The notes: generated by a model not told the origin, from the sequence alone. DNA of 64,000 nt from Kiritimatiellia bacterium (GCA_031553315.1 JAVBLT010000007.1:104576-168575); one strand, 5' to 3'. Positions 1 through 11,565 are shown, counted from the stretch's first letter. Program-made: numbers and translations.

Positions 1-90
1 AACACCCCGAACCCGCCCCCGAAGGGGAAATGACCCTGTAGCCCGCGCCCATCCCATTCCCGCCCTCGACCCGATGGCCGCGCTTTGCGC

Positions 91-128
91 TTGTTTCCGA
101 AGCCCGCTTTTTCTATAATAAGCGGGCT
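91..128 (+). promoter_or_regulatory. sigma70-like promoter for lepA (TTGTTT, 17-nt spacer, TATAAT) embedded in an 8-bp hairpin (AGCCCGCT...AGCGGGCT) that ends at the ATG, giving a near-leaderless mRNA
   Basis: -35 TTGTTT at 91-96, -10 TATAAT at 114-119, ATG at 129; inverted repeat 101-108 and 121-128 with the -10 in the loop. Confidence 0.45.
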
Positions 129-1943
<1,815 letters not shown>

Positions 1944-1945
1944 CC

Positions 1946-3127
1946 ATGAAACTCATTGCAGACGATATCGCCGCTTCCATTCAAAATTCCTCCTGGATCC
2001 GCCGCATGTTCGAAGCCGGCATCGAGCTCAAAAAGCAGCTCGGCCCCGAAAACGTCTTCGATTTCAGCCTCGGCAATCCCGACGTGGCCCCCCCCGCCAA
2101 AGCCAAGGCCTCCCTGGAGCGCATCGCCGAGCGCGCCGTGCAGCCTCTCGGCCTGGGGTATATGCCCAACGCCGGCCTTCCAGCGCTCCGCGAAGCGCTG
2201 GCCAAAAAGCTCACCCGCGAACAGGAAGCGCCGGTGGAAGCCAAGCATGTGGTCGTCTCCTGCGGCGCCGCGGGAGCCCTCACCAGCTTCTTCCGCGCCA
2301 CCCTCGAACCCGGCGACGAAGTCCTCGTTTCCGCCCCCTACTTCGTGGAATACGGCTCCTACTGCGGCCATTTCGGCGGAAAACTCGTCGCCGTGCCCTC
2401 CAAAAAACCCGATTTCGACCTCGATGTGGAGGCCCTCGCCGCCGCGATCACCGACAAGACCCGCGTGATCCTCGTCAACTCTCCCAACAATCCCACCGGC
2501 TGCATCTACCCCGAGGCTTCGCTTCGCGCCCTCGCCGCCGCCATCGAAAAGGCCAACGCCGGCCGCGAGCGCCCCATTTTCCTCCTCAGCGACGAGCCCT
2601 ACCGCCTCTTCGCGTTCGACGGCGCCGCCGTGCCCTCCATCCTGCCGCTTTCGCCCTTCGCCGTGGTGCTCGGCTCCTTCTCCAAGAGCCTCTCCCTCGC
2701 CGGCGAACGCATCGGTTACCTCGTGATCTCCCCGGCCATGCCCCGGGGCGAACAGCTCATCGGCGCGGTGACCCTCACCACCCGCACCCTGGGCTTCGTC
2801 AACGCCCCCGTCATCGGCCAGCTCCTTGCGCTCGACCTGCTCGAAGAACAGGTCGACCTCGCCGTTTACGCCGCCCGCCGCCGCCTCATGGCCCAGGTTC
2901 TGACCGAAGCGGGCATCGCCTTCACCCTCCCCCGCGGCGCCTTCTACTTTTTCCCCGAAGCGCCGGGGGGCGACGACCTGGCCTTCTCCCAAAAGCTCCT
3001 GGCCCAGGGCATTCTCGCCGTTCCCGGCCGCGGTTTCGGCATGTCGGGCTACATCCGCCTCTGCTGCGCGGTCGACGAATCCATCATCCGCCGCTCCGCC
3101 GAAGCCTTCAAGCGAGCCATGCAGTAA
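1946..3127 (+). CDS. PLP-dependent aminotransferase class I/II (aspartate/alanine aminotransferase-like)
   Basis: ATG 2 nt after lepA stop; SFSKSLSLAGERIGY PLP-lysine region, NSPNNPTG, 393 aa; the longer upstream start in the track is an Arg/Pro-rich shadow extension. Confidence 0.8.
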   Translation: MKLIADDIAASIQNSSWIRRMFEAGIELKKQLGPENVFDFSLGNPDVAPPAKAKASLERIAERAVQPLGLGYMPNAGLPALREALAKKLTREQEAPVEAKHVVVSCGAAGALTSFFRATLEPGDEVLVSAPYFVEYGSYCGHFGGKLVAVPSKKPDFDLDVEALAAAITDKTRVILVNSPNNPTGCIYPEASLRALAAAIEKANAGRERPIFLLSDEPYRLFAFDGAAVPSILPLSPFAVVLGSFSKSLSLAGERIGYLVISPAMPRGEQLIGAVTLTTRTLGFVNAPVIGQLLALDLLEEQVDLAVYAARRRLMAQVLTEAGIAFTLPRGAFYFFPEAPGGDDLAFSQKLLAQGILAVPGRGFGMSGYIRLCCAVDESIIRRSAEAFKRAMQ

Positions 3128-3152
3128 TGATTTAATCAGAAAGGTAAACATC

Positions 3153-3512
3153 ATGTCCAAGTCATTTGAAATCGAAGGAAGCATCCGTAAAATTTTTGAC
3201 GCGCAGTCGTTCCCCAGCGGCTTCACCAAGCGCGAATTCGTGGTCACGGAAGACGATGAACGCTACCCGCAGGATATCAAGTTCACCGTGACCAAAGAGC
3301 GCTGCGCCACCCTGGACAACTTCCGCGAAGGCCAGAAGGTCAAGGTCACCTTCTCCCTGCGCGGCAATGAATACAAGGAAAAATATTACGTGGATCTCAA
3401 CGCCTTCAAAGTGGAACAGCTCAACGACGACGGCGGCACCACCGAGTTTGACCCGCTGCCGCCCGGCGACGGCGTCGACATGATTCCCGAAGACGACCCC
3501 ATGCCCTTCTAA
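3153..3512 (+). CDS. DUF3127-like small OB-fold protein with acidic SSB-like C-terminal tail (…EDDPMPF)
   Basis: 119 aa, RBS-like aaggtaaaca upstream, KFTVTKERCATLDNFREGQKVKVTF core; function unknown. Confidence 0.55.
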   Translation: MSKSFEIEGSIRKIFDAQSFPSGFTKREFVVTEDDERYPQDIKFTVTKERCATLDNFREGQKVKVTFSLRGNEYKEKYYVDLNAFKVEQLNDDGGTTEFDPLPPGDGVDMIPEDDPMPF

Positions 3513-3524
3513 GGAAGCCTTGTC

Positions 3525-4397
3525 GTGGCCGAACCGCTCTCCGCCAGCCGCCTTCTCCGGGAATCCGCGCGGTACCTTGCCCGGCACAAGGTTCACGCCC
3601 CCGAAACCGTCAGCGAGCTCCTGCTGGCGCGCTTTCTGGATTGCCGCCGCATGGATCTGCTGCTGCGCCAGCAGGAACGCATGCCGGAGGCGGTGCTTGA
3701 AGCCATGCGCACAGGTTTGCGGCGCGTGGCGGGGGGCGAGCCGGTGCAGTATGTGCTCGGCAACTGGGATTTCCACGACATCACCCTCAAAGTCGATTCG
3801 CGCGCGCTCATTCCCCGCCCCGAAACGGAGCAGCTCGTGGAGCGGGTCTTGCGCTCGCCGGTCATCGCCGAGAGCAGACCCGTCACGATTATCGATGTGG
3901 GCACCGGCACGGGCGCCATCATTCTCGCCCTCGCCCACGCCCTGCGCGACCGCCCCGACACCGGTTTCCTCGCGGTCGACCTCTCGCCCGCCGCGCTCTC
4001 CCTCGCGCGCGAAAACGCCAGCGAGCTCGGCCTGATTGACCGCGTGGCCTTCATCAAAAGCAACGGCTGCGGCATCTTCGAGCCCGGCAGCATTGATCTC
4101 GTGGTCTCGAACCCGCCCTACATCGCCTCGGCGGCGGTCGATTCGCTCGAGCGCCACATCCGCGACCACGAACCGCGCATGGCGCTCGACGGCGGCCCCG
4201 ACGGTCTCGCCGTGCTCCGCCAGATCGTGCTCGATGCCGCGCTCATTCTCCGCCCCGGAGGCCGGATCTACTTTGAAATCGGCGACGACCAGGGCCCGGC
4301 CATGAGCCGCATGCTTGAATCCGCCGGCTTTTCGGGCGTGACGATTCACGCCGACGATGCCGGCAAAACCCGTTTCGCCGAGGGCGCCATCCAATGA
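3525..4397 (+). CDS. prmC: release factor glutamine N5-methyltransferase PrmC/HemK
   Basis: GTG start; SAM motif IDVGTGTGAI and catalytic NPPY (VSNPPYI); 290 aa. Confidence 0.85.
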   Translation: MAEPLSASRLLRESARYLARHKVHAPETVSELLLARFLDCRRMDLLLRQQERMPEAVLEAMRTGLRRVAGGEPVQYVLGNWDFHDITLKVDSRALIPRPETEQLVERVLRSPVIAESRPVTIIDVGTGTGAIILALAHALRDRPDTGFLAVDLSPAALSLARENASELGLIDRVAFIKSNGCGIFEPGSIDLVVSNPPYIASAAVDSLERHIRDHEPRMALDGGPDGLAVLRQIVLDAALILRPGGRIYFEIGDDQGPAMSRMLESAGFSGVTIHADDAGKTRFAEGAIQ

Positions 4398-5254
4398 CCA
4401 AGCCTCCGTGGATCCGTGTGAAAATCGGCCAGGGCGACGCTTTCTCCGCCACGCGGGACCGCCTGCGCGGGTTTCATCTTCACTCCGTCTGCGAAGAGGC
4501 GCTCTGCCCCAACCGCGGCCGCTGCTGGGCCAACGGCCGCGCCACCATCCTCATTCTCGGCGACCGCTGCACCCGCGGCTGCCGCTTCTGCAATGTGGAC
4601 AAGCGCGCCGTGCTCCCGCCCGACCCCCTGGAGCCGCAACGCGTGGCCGAAGCCGTCGCCGAAACAGGCCTCAGGGAAATCGTCCTCACCTCCGTCACCC
4701 GCGACGATTTGCCCGACGGCGGCGCCGCGCTCTGGGCCGAGACCGTCGGCGCCATTCGCGCCCGCTGCCCCGGCGTGCTCGTCGAAGTGCTCATCCCCGA
4801 TTTCGGCGGCGACCCCGCCGCGCTCGACGCCTTCCTCGAAAGCCGCCCCGATGTGCTGGGCCACAACCTCGAGACCGTCCCCCGCCTCTACCCCGCCGTC
4901 CGCCCCGAAGCCGACTATTCCCGCTCCCTCGCCGTGCTCCGCCGCGCCGCCGAAAAGGGCCTCGTCGCCAAAACCAGCCTCATGCTCGGCCTCGGGGAAA
5001 CCCGCGCCGAAATCAGCGCCGCCATGCGCGCCGCCCGCGCCGCCGGCTGCTCCATCTTCTACGCCGGCCAATACCTCCAGCCCAGCGCGCGCCACCTCCC
5101 CGTGACCGACTATGTGCCCCCCGAAGCCTTCGAGGAGATCCGCCTCGAAGCCCTCGCCCTCGGTTTCGGGTTCGCGGCCTGCGCGCCCCTCGTGCGATCC
5201 TCCTACCACGAAGAAGGCCAATCCGCCTTCGTCCGCGCGCGAGGCCGGGCGTGA
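4394..5254 (+). CDS. lipA: lipoyl synthase
   Basis: ATGA overlap with prmC stop; auxiliary cluster CEEALCPNRGRC and radical-SAM CTRGCRFC motifs; 286 aa. Confidence 0.9.
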   Translation: MTKPPWIRVKIGQGDAFSATRDRLRGFHLHSVCEEALCPNRGRCWANGRATILILGDRCTRGCRFCNVDKRAVLPPDPLEPQRVAEAVAETGLREIVLTSVTRDDLPDGGAALWAETVGAIRARCPGVLVEVLIPDFGGDPAALDAFLESRPDVLGHNLETVPRLYPAVRPEADYSRSLAVLRRAAEKGLVAKTSLMLGLGETRAEISAAMRAARAAGCSIFYAGQYLQPSARHLPVTDYVPPEAFEEIRLEALALGFGFAACAPLVRSSYHEEGQSAFVRARGRA

Positions 5255-6051
5255 ACGCCCTGCGCCACTGGCAGCAGAGCAACCTGCCCGCATTGCGCCG
5301 CCTCGCCTTCGCGCCCACGCCCCACACCGGCGTCACCCTCATCGCCTACACCTTTCCCGCCCCCGAAAACGAAGACCTCTGGTTCGCCTGGCTCGAAGCC
5401 GCCCTCCTTCAAAGCTGGCGGCAGCTCGGCCTCATGAAAACGGTGATCGTGGCCCACGCCCCCTTCCCCGCCGTGACCGCCTTCCGCGCCCGCTGGCCCC
5501 ACGTGGAGCTGCAAATCGAACCCACCCTCGTGCCGGGCGACATCTGGTCGATGAGCCTCGACTGCATCGCGCGCCTCGCCGACCGTTTCACCACCCCCCA
5601 TTGCCTCATCGTGCAGGACGACGGTTTCCCCATCGCCTCCAACCTTGCCGACTTCCTCCGCTGGGACTACATCGGCGCCCCCCTCGTCCGCGACATCCCC
5701 CGCCAGCGCCTCGCCGACCTCATCGGCTTCTCCGTGGGCATCGGCGGTTTTTCCCTCCGAAGCCGGCGCCTCTGCCTCTCCGCCGCCCGCCACTGGCGCC
5801 TCGGCTGGCGCCGCCTCTACCGGCGCGGCTCCTGGTGGTTCAGCGAAGACATCTTCTACGCCGTGACCCTCCGCCTCGCCTCCCCCCTCTACCGCCTCCG
5901 CCACCGCTTCCCGCCCGCCCGCCAGGCCGCCGCCTTCGCGATCGACGCCACCCTCGGCCGGAGCCCCGCCATCCGCCCCTTCGGCTTCCACGGCGCCGAA
6001 ACCTTCACCCTCCTCCAGGAGAAAGGCTGGCAGCCCGATGCCCCCGAATAA
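5251..6051 (+). CDS. hypothetical protein, DUF5672-like (putative glycosyltransferase-like fold)
   Basis: GTGA overlap with lipA stop; conserved-looking blocks CLIVQDDGF, WDYIGAP, GIGGFSLRSRR, FGFHGAETF; start codon uncertain (GTG 5251 or internal). Confidence 0.45.
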   Translation: MNALRHWQQSNLPALRRLAFAPTPHTGVTLIAYTFPAPENEDLWFAWLEAALLQSWRQLGLMKTVIVAHAPFPAVTAFRARWPHVELQIEPTLVPGDIWSMSLDCIARLADRFTTPHCLIVQDDGFPIASNLADFLRWDYIGAPLVRDIPRQRLADLIGFSVGIGGFSLRSRRLCLSAARHWRLGWRRLYRRGSWWFSEDIFYAVTLRLASPLYRLRHRFPPARQAAAFAIDATLGRSPAIRPFGFHGAETFTLLQEKGWQPDAPE

Positions 6052-7948
6052 ACTCGCCCTCCCCGGCCTCCTCATCCTTTTTCCGACCCTCATCGTCTGC
6101 GCCGCCATGCTCGGCCTCCTCCTGGGCATTCCCGTGACCCGCTGGATCGTTCCCACGGTTTTGTTCGGTCTCGCGGTCTTTTCACTTCTCACCCCAGCCG
6201 CTCGCCGCCCCTTCGGCGCCTTCCTCGGCATCCTCCTCGCGCTCTACGCCGCCAACCTCCTCAACCTCTGCGACTACGGGTGCGATTCCCACAGCTACCA
6301 CACCCCCGCCGCCATTCTCCTCGCCCACGGCTGGAACCCCTTCGCCGACCCCCAGGCCGCGGCCTTCCTCGAAGCCCACACCCTCGACCCCGCCAGCCTG
6401 CGCCTCTTCCCCGCCGTCAGCCAGCCCCTCTTCATTCCCCTTCTCGGCGCCACCCTCTACGCCGCCACCGGCCAGCTCAACGCCGCCGGATTCTTCGACC
6501 CCTACTGGGTCGTCGCCGCCTTTGCCTTCATCTGGGCCATCCTCCCCCGTTTCGAGCCCCGCCTCGCCGGCCGCGCCCTCCCGCGCGCCGCCATCGCCCT
6601 CCTCCTCAGCTGCCACCCCATCGAGCTACTCGTGGGCTTTTCAGGCCCGGCCGACATCCCCCGCTTCACCTTCGCCGCCATCTTCCTCGCCTCCCTCGAG
6701 CTCTTCCGGCGAACCGGCAAAAAAACCGACTTTCAGCTCGCCCTCCTCTGCGCCGGCATCCTCCTCGCCGTGAAGTTCAACGCCCTGCTCATCATCGCCG
6801 CCGCCGCCCTCCTCTACGCCTGGCCCCTCCTCAAAACACACCGCGCCGGGCTTCTGCGCACGGCCCTTCCCCTCCTTCCTATCCTCCTCCTCCTTTGCGC
6901 CTACCCCTACCTCCACAACGCCCTCCGCTACCGCGCGCCGCTCTACCCCATCCAGACCAACGCCCACACCCCCCCCGCCCAATCCCTCACCCCCGATTTC
7001 CACGTGATGAATGCCGACGCCGCCTCCATGAACCGCCTCCAGCGCCTCGCCCATGCCTACCTCTCCCCCGCCCTCCTCCCCCGCCTCAACCCCCGCTCTC
7101 AAGTGCTCAACGCCTTCGACGGCGCCGGCCCCTTCTTCCGCCTCCTCCTCCTCCTCAGCCTCCCGCTCCTCACCGCCCACGGCACCCTCCGCCTCCCCGC
7201 CGCCGCCATCCTCCTCGCCACCCTCGCCATCCCCACCCTCTACGCCGGCTACGCCCGCTACGCCCTCGAATTCACCCTCCTGCCCACCCTCCTCGCCCTC
7301 AACGCCCTCACAGCCCCCCAGCCCCCCTGGCGCCGCTGCCTCGCCCTCGCCATCCTCCTGCTTAGCCTCGCCTTCCTCCTCACCCGCCTCACCCTCATCC
7401 AGGGCGGCCGCGCCATCCGCCGGCAATTGGCCGACACCGCCGCCAGCCTCGCCCTCGGCGACCCCCGCACCCAAATCGATGCCCGCGCGGCCATCGACCC
7501 CGCCGCCTACCCCCTGCGCCCCTTCCCCGTGCCCCGCCACGAATGGCCCCCCGAAATGACGCTCCTCTACGCCGCCCAGCTCCTCGACTCCTTCACCCCG
7601 CCCCGCCCCCTGCGCGCCGTCCACTCCAGCTTCCCGGCCGACATCGACTCCCCCGCCCCCCATTCCCCCCTCGTTCTGCGCTGGCCCTGGGAAGGCTTCG
7701 CCTTCATCCCCCCTCCCCCCCTCCGCCGCACCCTCCGCACCCTTGCCGACGGCGCCACCCCCGATGCCCCCGGCACCCTCGCCGCCTTCCGCCGCCTCCT
7801 CGACCCCACCCTCCTGCGCGCCACCCTCGCCTTCGCCGCCGACCAGCGCCCCCTTCAGCTCCGCCGCGCCTGGACCGCCCCCATCCTCGACCGACCCTTT
7901 CCCTCCATCCCCCCCGTCAATCACGACCGGGAAATGAACCCCGATTGA
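6038..7948 (+). CDS. polytopic integral membrane protein (about 12 TM segments then Pro/Ala-rich C-terminal domain; GT-C-like topology)
   Basis: ATG overlaps end of upstream gene by 14 nt; consecutive hydrophobic helices through about aa 450; low-complexity proline-rich tail; 636 aa. Confidence 0.5.
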   Translation: MPPNKLALPGLLILFPTLIVCAAMLGLLLGIPVTRWIVPTVLFGLAVFSLLTPAARRPFGAFLGILLALYAANLLNLCDYGCDSHSYHTPAAILLAHGWNPFADPQAAAFLEAHTLDPASLRLFPAVSQPLFIPLLGATLYAATGQLNAAGFFDPYWVVAAFAFIWAILPRFEPRLAGRALPRAAIALLLSCHPIELLVGFSGPADIPRFTFAAIFLASLELFRRTGKKTDFQLALLCAGILLAVKFNALLIIAAAALLYAWPLLKTHRAGLLRTALPLLPILLLLCAYPYLHNALRYRAPLYPIQTNAHTPPAQSLTPDFHVMNADAASMNRLQRLAHAYLSPALLPRLNPRSQVLNAFDGAGPFFRLLLLLSLPLLTAHGTLRLPAAAILLATLAIPTLYAGYARYALEFTLLPTLLALNALTAPQPPWRRCLALAILLLSLAFLLTRLTLIQGGRAIRRQLADTAASLALGDPRTQIDARAAIDPAAYPLRPFPVPRHEWPPEMTLLYAAQLLDSFTPPRPLRAVHSSFPADIDSPAPHSPLVLRWPWEGFAFIPPPPLRRTLRTLADGATPDAPGTLAAFRRLLDPTLLRATLAFAADQRPLQLRRAWTAPILDRPFPSIPPVNHDREMNPD

Positions 7949-8013
7949 TCGGCCTTTCCTTAAGTGGATTTGTTTTTTGACACCGGATTCGTTTTTTCGC
8001 TATACTTCTCTCC

Positions 8014-11000
8014 ATGCAGGTGCGCGTTTTCCATGTTTTTTACACGCCTTCCGAAGAGGTGTTGCTGTGGGGTGAATCTCTTTCGGGCGAAACGCCGGAA
8101 AAGGGGCGCCACCCCTATGCTTCCAAGCCGGAGGCGTTGAGAGAGGCAATCGGGGCGCTCTTCAAAAACTGGCAGCCGGCGCCGGTCTTTGAGCAAACCG
8201 CCATTGAAGCGGCTTTGCCGGTCGCGGCCGATGGCGCTCCCCTGCCCTCGCGGGCCTTTCTTTCCAAAGCGTTGACCACGCTGCCGCCCGTGGCGGGTTT
8301 TGACACATTCACGGTGCCGGCGCTCCGAATCAAGGGCGCGCCGCTTTTTCTGCTGTTGCAGGCGGCGCACCGCCTCGATCGCTTCGGGCGCACGCTGCTG
8401 CCGGGGACCGACCTGATCCGGCTGGCGGAAATTTACCGCTTCGCGGCGATGTGCCTGGCAGACGGCCACTTCATTCCCTCGCTCACCCTGGAGGGCGATG
8501 CCGCGTTTTCACGCTGGCGGTCGGTGCTCACGCTCCCCGAGCGCGAACGGCTGGCCGGGCTTGCGAACCGCGTGCCGCCGGTGGTTTTTCCGGCGGCCGC
8601 CGACCGCACGCCCGCGCGGCGCCTGCGGCTCATGCACGCCTTCTTCGAAGACCTTTCCGATGCGCTCGTGCGCGTGAACGCCGTCACGCCGCTCAGCCGG
8701 GGCCACGCGGCGAAAAGTCATTTTTACAGCGCACACGACGCCTGGCTCGCCTCGCTCCGAAGCGATTCGCCCCAGCTGCGCTGGCCGCTCGAAACCGCTT
8801 CCCCCGAACAGGCCCAGACCGACCGCGCCCAGCTCGCCGACCTCGCCCGGACAGTCGCGCGCTGGCAGGCTCCGGCCACCGACAACGCGCTCGGCGCCAC
8901 GCTCCAGATCGAGCTGCGCCCGCCGCCAGGCGAAACGGGCGAATGGCACATCTCGGCCTCGCTCCCCGGCGCACCGGAAGGGGCGCTGCTCACACGCACG
9001 GGCCTCACGCTCCTCGGCCAGGCCTCGCTCCTCTGCCCGCAGCTCACGCCCGACCGCCCGCTCACCCCCGCCGATGCGCATACCTTCATCCAAAGCGCCG
9101 CGCCGGTGCTGCGCAGCGCGGGGTTCACGGTCGTGCTGCCGCCCGGCCTGGAACAAAACGACCTCGATTCGCCGCTGGAGCTCGTGGCCGGCGCGGCGCT
9201 CAAAGACCCCGATCAGAAAGCGCCGTTTGCGCCCGACACACCGGTCACGATCACCTGGCAGCCGCGCATCAACGGCATTGCGGTTTCACCCGCGGAGCTT
9301 CAGGCAATCGTCGACGCCGCCTCGCCGATCATCTACTTCCACGAACAATGGATCACAATCGACCTGAGCGCAGCCGCGGAAATGCTCCGCCACTGCCGCC
9401 AGGCGCCGGAAGAAGACGCCACGCTCGGCGCGACCCTTCGCGGAGCCTTCTCGGGGGGTTCCGCCATCCACACGGGGCTCATCCGGAGCGAAACCGTCGC
9501 CGAAGGCCCGCTCCGCCGCTTCCTCGCCACGCTCACCGGCGCCGCCGTGCCCGACCTCCCGCCCCTCCCCGCCGGGCTCAACGCCGAGCTGCGCCCCTAC
9601 CAGCTGCGCGGCTACGCCTGGCTCAGCCACCTCGCCGCCTGGCAATTCGGCGCATGCCTGGCCGACGACATGGGCCTTGGCAAAACCCTCCAAACCCTCG
9701 CCTTCCTCCTCGCCTGCCGCCAACGCGGCGAAACCCGCCCCGCGCTCATCGTAGCCCCCCTCTCCGTGCTCGCCAACTGGCTGCATGAAATCGAGACCTT
9801 CACCCCCGCCCTCCGCGCGCGCCTCCACCACGGCGCCGGGCGCGTCATCGGCAACACCTTTGCGGAAACCGCCGCCGAGACCCACATCGTGCTCACCGAT
9901 TATGCGCTCGTCTACCGCGATTTCGACGCGCTCCGCCGCGTGCCCTGGTCCACCCTCGTGCTCGACGAAGCCCAAAACATCAAAAACCCCTCCACCCGTC
10001 AATCCCGCGCCGCCCGCGCCCTCACCGCCGACCACCGCATCGCCCTCACCGGCACCCCCGTGGAAAACGCCCCCGGCGACCTCTGGTCGATTATGGATTT
10101 CCTCAACCCCGGCCTCTTGGGCGACTACGCCGCCTTCCGCAAACGCCTCCCCCCCGCACCCACCGGAACAGCCATCGACCCCACAGCCGGCAAACGCCTG
10201 CGCCGCCTGACAGCCCCCTTCATTCTGCGCCGGCTCAAAACCGATCCCGCCGTCATCGCCGACCTCCCGGAAAAAACCGTCAACCGAATCTACTGCCCCC
10301 TCGGCGCCGCGCAAAGCCAGGCCTACGACACCGCCCTGCGCGCCTTCTCCGCCGACCTTTCCAGCCTCGAGGGCTCCAGCCGCCGCGGCCGCATCCTCGC
10401 CGTGCTCACCCGCCTCAAGCAAATCTGCGACCACCCCGCCCTGCCCGGCCTCACCGCCGATCAAATCGACGACGCCATCCTCCAGCAGGTCTCCGGAAAA
10501 ATCAGCCGCCTCGAAGACATGCTCCGCGAGGTCGACGCCAACGGCGAAAGCGCCCTCATTTTCACCCAGTTTGCCCGCATGGGCGCACTCCTGCGCCAAC
10601 GCCTCGCCGAAACCTTCGCCCGCGACATCCCCTTCCTCCACGGCGGCCTCACCGCCGCCGCCCGCCAGCGCGAGATCGACGCCTTCAACCAGGCCGCCCT
10701 CCCCTCTTTCTTCGTGCTTTCACTCAAAGCCGGCGGCCTTGGCCTCAACCTCACCCGCGCCAGCCACGTCTTCCACTTCGACCGCTGGTGGAACCCCGCC
10801 GTCGAAAACCAGGCCACCGACCGCGCCCACCGCATCGGCCAGAAACGCCAGGTCTTCGTCCACACCTTCATCTGCCGCGGCACCCTCGAAGACCGCATCG
10901 ACGCGCTTCTTCTCGGCAAACAGCACCTCGCCGACGCCCTCGTCGACGCCAACGCCAACACCTTCCTCACCCGCCTGCCCGACGACGAACTCATCGCCAT

Positions 11001-11028
11001 GCTCCAGCGCACCTGCGAAGACGAATAA
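8014..11028 (+). CDS. SNF2-family helicase/ATPase with about 500-aa N-terminal SNF2-associated-like domain (YwqA/RapA-like)
   Basis: Helicase motifs GLGKT (I), LVLDEAQNIKN (II), ALTGTPVEN (III), C-terminal HELICc block QATDRAHRIGQ; 1004 aa. Confidence 0.85.
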   Translation: MQVRVFHVFYTPSEEVLLWGESLSGETPEKGRHPYASKPEALREAIGALFKNWQPAPVFEQTAIEAALPVAADGAPLPSRAFLSKALTTLPPVAGFDTFTVPALRIKGAPLFLLLQAAHRLDRFGRTLLPGTDLIRLAEIYRFAAMCLADGHFIPSLTLEGDAAFSRWRSVLTLPERERLAGLANRVPPVVFPAAADRTPARRLRLMHAFFEDLSDALVRVNAVTPLSRGHAAKSHFYSAHDAWLASLRSDSPQLRWPLETASPEQAQTDRAQLADLARTVARWQAPATDNALGATLQIELRPPPGETGEWHISASLPGAPEGALLTRTGLTLLGQASLLCPQLTPDRPLTPADAHTFIQSAAPVLRSAGFTVVLPPGLEQNDLDSPLELVAGAALKDPDQKAPFAPDTPVTITWQPRINGIAVSPAELQAIVDAASPIIYFHEQWITIDLSAAAEMLRHCRQAPEEDATLGATLRGAFSGGSAIHTGLIRSETVAEGPLRRFLATLTGAAVPDLPPLPAGLNAELRPYQLRGYAWLSHLAAWQFGACLADDMGLGKTLQTLAFLLACRQRGETRPALIVAPLSVLANWLHEIETFTPALRARLHHGAGRVIGNTFAETAAETHIVLTDYALVYRDFDALRRVPWSTLVLDEAQNIKNPSTRQSRAARALTADHRIALTGTPVENAPGDLWSIMDFLNPGLLGDYAAFRKRLPPAPTGTAIDPTAGKRLRRLTAPFILRRLKTDPAVIADLPEKTVNRIYCPLGAAQSQAYDTALRAFSADLSSLEGSSRRGRILAVLTRLKQICDHPALPGLTADQIDDAILQQVSGKISRLEDMLREVDANGESALIFTQFARMGALLRQRLAETFARDIPFLHGGLTAAARQREIDAFNQAALPSFFVLSLKAGGLGLNLTRASHVFHFDRWWNPAVENQATDRAHRIGQKRQVFVHTFICRGTLEDRIDALLLGKQHLADALVDANANTFLTRLPDDELIAMLQRTCEDE

Positions 11029-11118
11029 ATGGCATTCCGCCTGCGATTCACATGAATAACGCTTGCACGCGTGCCGGTTTCTGTGTATAGTGAAGGCATT
11101 GTAGAAAGGGGGTTGTTC

Positions 11119-11550
11119 ATGATTGACATGCATTGGGTCTGGCTGATTGTGGGCATTGCGCTCATTGGGCTTGAGATCATCGTTCCGGGGTTCGTCATCA
11201 TGTTCTTCGGTCTGGCCGCCGTGGCGGTGGGTGTATTGTGCTGGTTTTTTCCCGCCATGCCCGAAACCATTCAGCTCCTGCTCTTTTCGATCCTCTCCTT
11301 CCTGATGGTCTGGATCATGCGGAAAATGTTCAAAAAAACCTTCTCGGGCAAAAACGGCGCGCCCGAAGAGGTCGACGACGTTTTTACCGGCCAGCACGCC
11401 ACCGTGGCGCGCGCCATCGAGCCCGGGGCGCCCGGAAAAGTCACCTTCAACGGCACCGACTGGCAGGCCCAATCCGACCAGGCGCTGGCCGTGGGAACCC
11501 GCGTGCGCATCGTGCGCCGCGACAACATCACCCTCACCGTTCAGCCCTAG
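11119..11550 (+). CDS. NfeD-family membrane protein (stomatin operon partner)
   Basis: Two N-terminal TM helices then OB-fold tail (GKVTFNGTDWQAQSD…VRIVRRDNITLTV); RBS aaaggggg; immediately upstream of SPFH gene. Confidence 0.75.
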   Translation: MIDMHWVWLIVGIALIGLEIIVPGFVIMFFGLAAVAVGVLCWFFPAMPETIQLLLFSILSFLMVWIMRKMFKKTFSGKNGAPEEVDDVFTGQHATVARAIEPGAPGKVTFNGTDWQAQSDQALAVGTRVRIVRRDNITLTVQP

Positions 11551-11565
11551 AAAGGAACCGGCCCT

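Noticed and set aside
4357-6051. 564-aa ORF spanning lipA in another frame
   Set aside because: The 5' 300 codons are an RP-rich shadow of lipA. Only the 3' part from GTG 5251 has protein-like composition (the DUF5672-like gene).
6280-7980. Arg/Pro-rich and Ser/Pro-rich alternate-frame ORFs (6280-7365, 7053-7559, 7543-7980) within the membrane-protein gene
   Set aside because: They are generated by the Pro/Ala-rich low-complexity coding of the real frame and have no start or RBS context.
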